A DNA stretch of 64,000 nucleotides from Fibrobacteria bacterium (GTDB lineage Bacteria; Fibrobacterota; Fibrobacteria; UBA11236; JADFYW01). Below, one piece after another: positions 58,485-64,000 of the stretch. The DNA lies in assembly GCA_050294405.1 (NCBI GenBank), contig JBNKOC010000022.1, positions 13,462 to 77,461 on the forward strand, read 5' to 3'. The notes under the pieces are model-generated. The model did no database searches, had not been told where the DNA came from, and was given only the letters and a program-made list of their open reading frames with translations. Numbering within the stretch: the stretch's first letter is position 1; the number at the start of each line of letters is the position of its first letter. Position numbers and translations under genes: made by a program.

Positions 58485-58511
58485 TAAAGGAATTTAAAGA
58501 ATGGTCGATAA
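58485..58511 (+). promoter_or_regulatory. Sigma28-like promoter with no downstream sense ORF
   Basis: TAAA-N15-GTCGATAA. Confidence 0.5.
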
Positions 58512-58616
58512 CAAGGGATAGGGGAATTTTTTTCCCAATTCAAAATACAATAGGAAAAAAAAACCGGAGCTGCTCCCGAAGAACAGGTCAAAACCAGTAT
58601 CCGTTAGATACGTAAA

Positions 58617-60308
58617 TTATTCAGTCATTTGGACTGATGGAGGGGTTTTTGATAAAACAGGCTGTGTTTGTGGGACTCGTTTGCCCCGCATGTCATATAT
58701 AGTCAAGGAAGCCCTGTCATTTGAAAAGCTGTTGTGAATAATCTCCACCCGCCCCTTAGAACTAGCCTGAATTTTAAAAGGTTGACTGGAAACGCCATGA
58801 ACCAGAGGACCACGGACGCCAAGGGAAGGGCCCATTGAAAAACGAGCAACAAAAGCGTCTCCAATAGCGCAACAGCCTCCCGAGCCCCCTCCGTAATTTG
58901 TCTGAAAAGGGTTCAAAACAGGTAAGCCCGTCCCGTTGGAAGATCCTGTGATATAAATATTTCCCCCATTACCCATAAACATTCCACGGACATTATCTTC
59001 CGCAGGTCCGCCAAAATAAGAGCTGTAATTAAGAGTGGAAAAATCGGAGGATAAATTGACTAGCAATCCGTCCCGCGTTCCTCCCAGACTAGATAAAAAA
59101 GCATCGGCGGTTACCGGGAAATCGGGAGAGTTTGTTTCACCTCCAATAATAACATTCCCCGCAGCGTCCACATAAATACCATCTGGGCCATCACTGCCTC
59201 CGCCGCCGATTAAAGTTCCAGCAATCAATTGCCCACTGGGCGATAGTTTAACCAGCCCGATGTCCACAGTGCCATCCAAAGTGGAGTCAAATGCGTTTGG
59301 AGTGGTGGGAAAGTCCGTGGAGGTGGTAGCGAAAACACTGTAGACATTGCCCTCACCATCCAGGGCCAGCCCGTGGGTTTCCATATACTCAGTACCTGAA
59401 CCGCCCACATAGGTTCCAAATAAAAGCTGGGAACCGTCAGGAGAAAATTTGGCCACAAATCCATCCTGGGTTCCCCCGATGGTGCGATCATGCGCTCCTT
59501 GGGTAGTGGGTATATCCGTGGATTCGGTCATAAAATTGATATACACATTTTTGGCGGCATCCACCCTAATGGTGGATTGGCCATGGTCAGCTCCGGAACC
59601 GCCTATCCAAGTGGCCCAAATCACAGCAGAACCGTCCCCCTTGATTTTCAAAATGCCGTTCTCATCCAATCCGTTTACATCGGGTTGAAAAGCGTTGGCA
59701 AACCATGCGGCTGGGGGAAGATGACTCGAAGCAGGATAGGGGCTATTTACATAAACATCCCCATCAGCGTCGATAGCAATATCCCGGCACAACCAACCCA
59801 CACCGGCATAGCTGGCCCAAATCAATGTGGAGCCGTCCGGAGACAGTTTGGCCACAAATCCGTTTTGGCTACCGTAGGCGTTTCCTTCAAAAGAGCCATT
59901 AAAAGCAGGTTGAAAGGAACCCGCCGTAGTGGGAAATCCTTCACCCGCCCGGCCTGCTACATAAACATAACCTGAATCGTCTACTTCTATAGCATAGATT
60001 CTATCGTAGTTGGGACCTCCCAGATATGTGCACCAAAGCAACTCACCTGTGGAATCGAATTTGGCCACAAAGGCGTCAAAGTCATACTCTCCCCTGCTGT
60101 TACCTCCTCCATCCCGCGTTTCATCAAAGGCGCCAGCTGTAACCGGGAAGTCAGTGGAGGCGGTCCCGCCCGCGATGTAAATATTTCCTTTTTTATCGCT
60201 CACAACATCTCTGGCATGCTCAATATCTGATCCGCCGAAATAACTGGAAAACTCAAGATTGTAATAATCGGCCGCACAGTATTGCAGGGCTGGAAAAGAT
60301 ACCAGCAA
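58617..60308 (-). CDS. SBBP-repeat (beta-propeller) exported protein
   Basis: Repeated YxGGxxxD...D..GN.Y..G.T.S.DFP.T..AF units; C-terminal LTIYDMRGKRV. Confidence 0.85.
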   Translation of the reverse strand: MLVSFPALQYCAADYYNLEFSSYFGGSDIEHARDVVSDKKGNIYIAGGTASTDFPVTAGAFDETRDGGGNSRGEYDFDAFVAKFDSTGELLWCTYLGGPNYDRIYAIEVDDSGYVYVAGRAGEGFPTTAGSFQPAFNGSFEGNAYGSQNGFVAKLSPDGSTLIWASYAGVGWLCRDIAIDADGDVYVNSPYPASSHLPPAAWFANAFQPDVNGLDENGILKIKGDGSAVIWATWIGGSGADHGQSTIRVDAAKNVYINFMTESTDIPTTQGAHDRTIGGTQDGFVAKFSPDGSQLLFGTYVGGSGTEYMETHGLALDGEGNVYSVFATTSTDFPTTPNAFDSTLDGTVDIGLVKLSPSGQLIAGTLIGGGGSDGPDGIYVDAAGNVIIGGETNSPDFPVTADAFLSSLGGTRDGLLVNLSSDFSTLNYSSYFGGPAEDNVRGMFMGNGGNIYITGSSNGTGLPVLNPFQTNYGGGSGGCCAIGDAFVARFSMGPSLGVRGPLVHGVSSQPFKIQASSKGRVEIIHNSFSNDRASLTIYDMRGKRVPQTQPVLSKTPPSVQMTE

Positions 60309-60456
60309 AAAAAGTTTATATTGGTTGCGAAGTAAAATAAGCTTCTCTCCTATAAATGATTTTTCCCAGCATTGACCGGGACCGACACTTACTCTATTCC
60401 CTATTATAGTCTAAAAAAAAATGCCTGTTAAACATAAGGATATTTCCTGAACTTCG

Positions 60457-62082
60457 TTACTGAGCAGCCACAACACGAGGCTGAATCATACCTGATAATA
60501 TGGCGTCTGTAGAACCCTGAGCGCTTATTTTAAACAGCGCGCCTTTGCCGGCATCCAACACCCACACGGAAGGCAATTCACCGTTTACTATGGAAAGATG
60601 CACCGGATTATCTATGGGCACTTCCACTTCATCAGGAGAAAGGGCATCCAAATTTCTTTTCCTGGTGTTGATAGAATTCAAAAGCCAAATCTTTTTTAAA
60701 TAGCTATCGGAAACCCAGCAAAAACCGGAGCCAGCCGATACGGAATTGATATTTTTAAAACCGGAAATCTGACCTTCCATATTTCCGTATTTGGAAATCA
60801 TGTAAATGGTTGTGCTGCTGGCGACCCAACATATGCCGGACTCGAAATCATAAGAAAGAATTTTGGGGCTGCTCACGCCCGCTATTTTAAAAATAATGGA
60901 ATCGTTTTGCGCCACATAAACAGTATCCTCGATGGAGTTTATGTACCAAAGCCTCCCCGTATTTTGGGGGTCAGTACTCATGGATAGCACTTGGCCGTTT
61001 ATTTTAGGCAAGATTACATTTTGGCTCGCCCCATTGTCGGCTGAATATTTTAGAAGCATGGACTTGCTTCTGTCCACAGGGTCTTCTTCAGCCACCCAGA
61101 TTGCCGAAGGAGACAAAGCAATGTTTTGTAAACGCCTGCTGGATGCGATTAAAAAGTTACTTTCCGGTTTTAGGTCCAGGGTGCTATACTTTCGCAATAT
61201 TTTTTTATCATCATCAGCAACATACAAGGCGTTAAAAGCTCTATGTATTCCTAAAATAATCTCATCTCCCAAATTGTAATTGCTTTTGAATATTTCAAAA
61301 CCCTCTTCGGCAAATTTAATGAGCTGGGTGTTACTTCCCACCCACACGCTTTTTGAGGCGTCATAACTGCGGTAGCGAATATGGTAATCCCGCTCTCCTC
61401 CTAATCCATCGCTAATGCTGAGATTTCCTTTATAGTCTACTTCCTGAATAGGAGCGTCATCAAAATAAAAAACTCCGTTTTTCCCCTCTTTGGGATTTTC
61501 CCCATTGGACCTTAAAAATTCCGGCCAATTGTATTCCAGGGTGGATTCGTTGTATTTATCCACGACCACAGGGGAGATCACCACTGGGGCCCCTTGGGGA
61601 ACACTGATGTATATGGAATCGTTAATAACCCTGTGCCCCAATCCATTTTCAATGGCAATAGAATCGATAACAGGAAAAATATTTTTTATTTCTACTGCAA
61701 TGGGCTGAGAACGCACCCCGTTGACTATGGCCCTTATGGTATCGAGATAGAGTAATTCCTTGTTGGACTGGCCGGTGCGGGTGTATTGAGGGAGTTCGCG
61801 CCATTCCAGATATATAGTATCGGAGCGGATGATTTCGCCATCGGCTAACCGCCCCCTTTTAAATATGTTTGCAGTTCCCCGTTCCCAGGAAATTTCGCTG
61901 TTACTGGACACCGGCTTTTTTAAAGTGACCCAAAATTTTAGAGGAATACCAACATATTGAGTGTCATTTTCCACCACCTGGATTTTAACGCTGGGATCTT
62001 CTGTTTGTTTCTCCGGCGCAAACAAACAGCCACTAAAGGCCAACAGGCAAAGGAGAATTAGGCTGTATATTTTATACTTCAT
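60457..62082 (-). CDS. Hypothetical lipoprotein with probable C-terminal beta-propeller
   Basis: Lipobox FSGC; repeated xWV strands; start overlaps the flhB stop. Confidence 0.7.
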   Translation of the reverse strand: MKYKIYSLILLCLLAFSGCLFAPEKQTEDPSVKIQVVENDTQYVGIPLKFWVTLKKPVSSNSEISWERGTANIFKRGRLADGEIIRSDTIYLEWRELPQYTRTGQSNKELLYLDTIRAIVNGVRSQPIAVEIKNIFPVIDSIAIENGLGHRVINDSIYISVPQGAPVVISPVVVDKYNESTLEYNWPEFLRSNGENPKEGKNGVFYFDDAPIQEVDYKGNLSISDGLGGERDYHIRYRSYDASKSVWVGSNTQLIKFAEEGFEIFKSNYNLGDEIILGIHRAFNALYVADDDKKILRKYSTLDLKPESNFLIASSRRLQNIALSPSAIWVAEEDPVDRSKSMLLKYSADNGASQNVILPKINGQVLSMSTDPQNTGRLWYINSIEDTVYVAQNDSIIFKIAGVSSPKILSYDFESGICWVASSTTIYMISKYGNMEGQISGFKNINSVSAGSGFCWVSDSYLKKIWLLNSINTRKRNLDALSPDEVEVPIDNPVHLSIVNGELPSVWVLDAGKGALFKISAQGSTDAILSGMIQPRVVAAQ

Positions 62083-63148
62083 GAGGGATTTTTCCGCCCT
62101 TCAAATTATACACATATGCCAATATCTCTGCCACAGGTCCGAAGAATTCGTAGGGTATTTCCTGACCAGGCTGAACCAGGTCAAACATTCCTCTAGCCAA
62201 AGGTTTGTCCTCCACAATGGGAATATTGTTTTCAATGGCTATTTTCTTGATTTTTTCGGCCATTATCCTTTTTCCCTTTGCTACTATTACCGGGCTTCTA
62301 TCCATGGCGGGGTTATAACGAATGGCAATGGCGATAAATGTGGGGTTGGTAACCACCACGGTGGCCTTGGGAACCTCATTCATCATCATTTTACGATGCA
62401 TTTCCATTCTCAGGCTGCGGATTTTTCCCTTAATTTTAGGATCGCCATCAGCCTGCTTGGCTTCATCTTTCACTTCCTGCTTGGTCATTTTTAGTTCTTT
62501 ATGTGTTTTATATTTCTGATAGAAAAAATCGAGCACGCCAAGCACAATTAGCAGGATGGCCACTTTGATAGCCATCTCCAACAATGTTTTTAATATAGTG
62601 AGAGATATATGGAATACGCTCTCATCCACCGTATATAAAAAAGATTCATAATGGGAATGGATAACCTGGAAAACAATTACCGCCACAATAGCCATTTTAG
62701 CCAAACTTTTAAGGAGTTCCACAAATTTATCGGGCGATACCAATTTTTTAAAGGCCGAAATTCCAAATACCTTTCCAAATTTGGGTTTTAGCAATTCGCC
62801 GGAAAACAAAAATCCAAATTGAATAATATTTGAAAAGATACCCACTACAAGGGCGATTAGCAACATAGGCAAAACCAAAATAGCGAAAAACTTTATGGCT
62901 GATTGGGAGAAATATATCAAGTTCTGGGCAGTCATTTCAAATGTGGAAATAGATAAAAAGGTTTCTATCATCACGTTATGCAAACGAGTGCCCATGTATT
63001 TGGCAAATACCCAGAGTAATATAATGGCGAATATTAAGGTAATAGCGCTGGATAAGTCGGCGCTTTTGGCCACCTGGCCCTTTTTGCGGGCATCCGCCTT
63101 CCGTTTACCGGTTGGCTCCTCCGTTTTTTCCGAATCGTTTTCGGCCAT
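62072..63148 (-). CDS. flhB: Flagellar export switch protein FlhB
   Basis: EKTEEPT..R..DARKKGQV, LKMTKQEVKDE.KQ.DGDP, TNPT, PIVEDKPLAR. Confidence 0.96.
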   Translation of the reverse strand: MAENDSEKTEEPTGKRKADARKKGQVAKSADLSSAITLIFAIILLWVFAKYMGTRLHNVMIETFLSISTFEMTAQNLIYFSQSAIKFFAILVLPMLLIALVVGIFSNIIQFGFLFSGELLKPKFGKVFGISAFKKLVSPDKFVELLKSLAKMAIVAVIVFQVIHSHYESFLYTVDESVFHISLTILKTLLEMAIKVAILLIVLGVLDFFYQKYKTHKELKMTKQEVKDEAKQADGDPKIKGKIRSLRMEMHRKMMMNEVPKATVVVTNPTFIAIAIRYNPAMDRSPVIVAKGKRIMAEKIKKIAIENNIPIVEDKPLARGMFDLVQPGQEIPYEFFGPVAEILAYVYNLKGGKIPHEV

Positions 63149-63156
63149 TTGTCACA

Positions 63157-63966
63157 TCAGCTATTTGTAAATAGTTTGAGTAAATACATTTGATACATTT
63201 TAACCCCTTCAAATTGTTTTTGAAAAACGCTCCATATTAGGGGCATGGAAAAAGAAACAGTTAATAGGCCCACCATGATTTTAAGAGGCATACCAACCAG
63301 CCAAACATTAATTTGAGGCATTATTCTGGCAATAAGCGCTAGACCTGCCGTATTTAACAATAAGGGAACAATAACAGGGGCAGACAATTTAATGCCGTAA
63401 ACAAAGGCTTCACTGGTTATAGAAATCAATATGGCAGCTATTCCATTTGCCTGTATGTTAGGACTTAAAAAAGGAATGCGCATAAAGGATTCCACCGCAA
63501 TTTCGATGAAAAAGAAATGAGCCCCGGTAGTCAGAATTATGACACTGAACAAAATAAATTGCAAATGCCCAACTATAGATTCATTTTCTTCGGTGGTGGG
63601 ATTGATACTTTGAATCATATTAAAACCCGTATTATGATCTATGAGGCGTCCTGCCAAGCTAAGGCCCAGAAACATTACACTGCCCGAAAAACCCATAACC
63701 GCCCCAATAAAAAATTCTTTGATAATAATCAGCAGCAATTCCAGGGTTGTTTCCGGAAGGGTCACATTTATCTTAGGAAGAACCATATATATAATGATGC
63801 TTAAAAAGAAAGAAAGTCCCACCTTGACCTTCATGGGAATTTGATTTGCGCCTAATATTGGCATTAACGTCAGCATGACAGACATGCGAATGAGAATAAA
63901 CAGCCATATTTCAAAGTCTAAAACAGTGAAATCGGCTATACTGGGAACAGCAGACTGCATGGACAT
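63157..63966 (-). CDS. fliR: Flagellar export protein FliR
   Basis: IPMKVK, AGRLID...GF, ARIMPQINV..VGMPLK. Confidence 0.94.
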   Translation of the reverse strand: MSMQSAVPSIADFTVLDFEIWLFILIRMSVMLTLMPILGANQIPMKVKVGLSFFLSIIIYMVLPKINVTLPETTLELLLIIIKEFFIGAVMGFSGSVMFLGLSLAGRLIDHNTGFNMIQSINPTTEENESIVGHLQFILFSVIILTTGAHFFFIEIAVESFMRIPFLSPNIQANGIAAILISITSEAFVYGIKLSAPVIVPLLLNTAGLALIARIMPQINVWLVGMPLKIMVGLLTVSFSMPLIWSVFQKQFEGVKMYQMYLLKLFTNS

Positions 63967-64000
63967 TAGTGGATAAGCGGCTCCATCATGCGCATCATCA
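63966..64000 (-). CDS. fliQ: Probable 3' end of fliQ (partial at window edge)
   Basis: ...MMRMMEPLIH* with its stop overlapping the fliR ATG; identity inferred from synteny only. Confidence 0.5.
   Translation of the reverse strand, partial: MMRMMEPLIH

Noticed and set aside
57867..58487. 206-aa plus-strand ORF
   Set aside because: Antisense shadow of the conserved FlhA transmembrane region.
58617..60308. Repeated sequence units considered as a possible CRISPR or DNA repeat array
   Set aside because: The repeats are degenerate protein-level SBBP blades, not identical DNA repeats with spacers.

Overview
A 64-kb chromosomal window from an AT-rich, flagellated bacterium, most likely an environmental member of the Fibrobacterota. 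This is inferred from a TIGR02147-family gene and a giant Fibrobacter-style GH9 glycoside hydrolase. I found no rRNA, tRNA, CRISPR array or mobile element. In order, the window holds: the 3' end of ahcY; a 1983-aa multidomain GH9; fapA and priA; an NTT-HEAT/cNMP/solute-binding-protein cassette and a dimeric dUTPase; an nfeD-nfeD-floA operon; a small YjfB-type gene missed by the ORF track, with a sigma28 promoter and CsrA-type GGA hairpins; an operon encoding an Fn3-like protein, a Na+/solute symporter, a 40-aa peptide, a divergent carbamoyltransferase and an AsnB-like amidotransferase; an ECF42-type sigma factor/YCII pair; an FNR-box-preceded periplasmic nitrate reductase cluster with an NrfCD-like quinol module; a candidate ~190-nt structured RNA; amtB, dacB, a GAF-GGDEF protein, nadE and a sigma54-driven hsp20; csoR-copZ-copA; and a flagellar export/regulatory cluster (fliQ-fliR-flhB, two inserted beta-propeller genes, flhA-flhF, fliA). 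The best candidate for an undescribed system is the carbamoyltransferase + amidotransferase + symporter operon, hypothesised to make or import an N-carbamoyl amino-acid amide such as the osmolyte N-carbamoyl-L-glutamine amide. The second is the sigma28/CsrA-hairpin transcript. All calls come from motif reading only; no searches were run.
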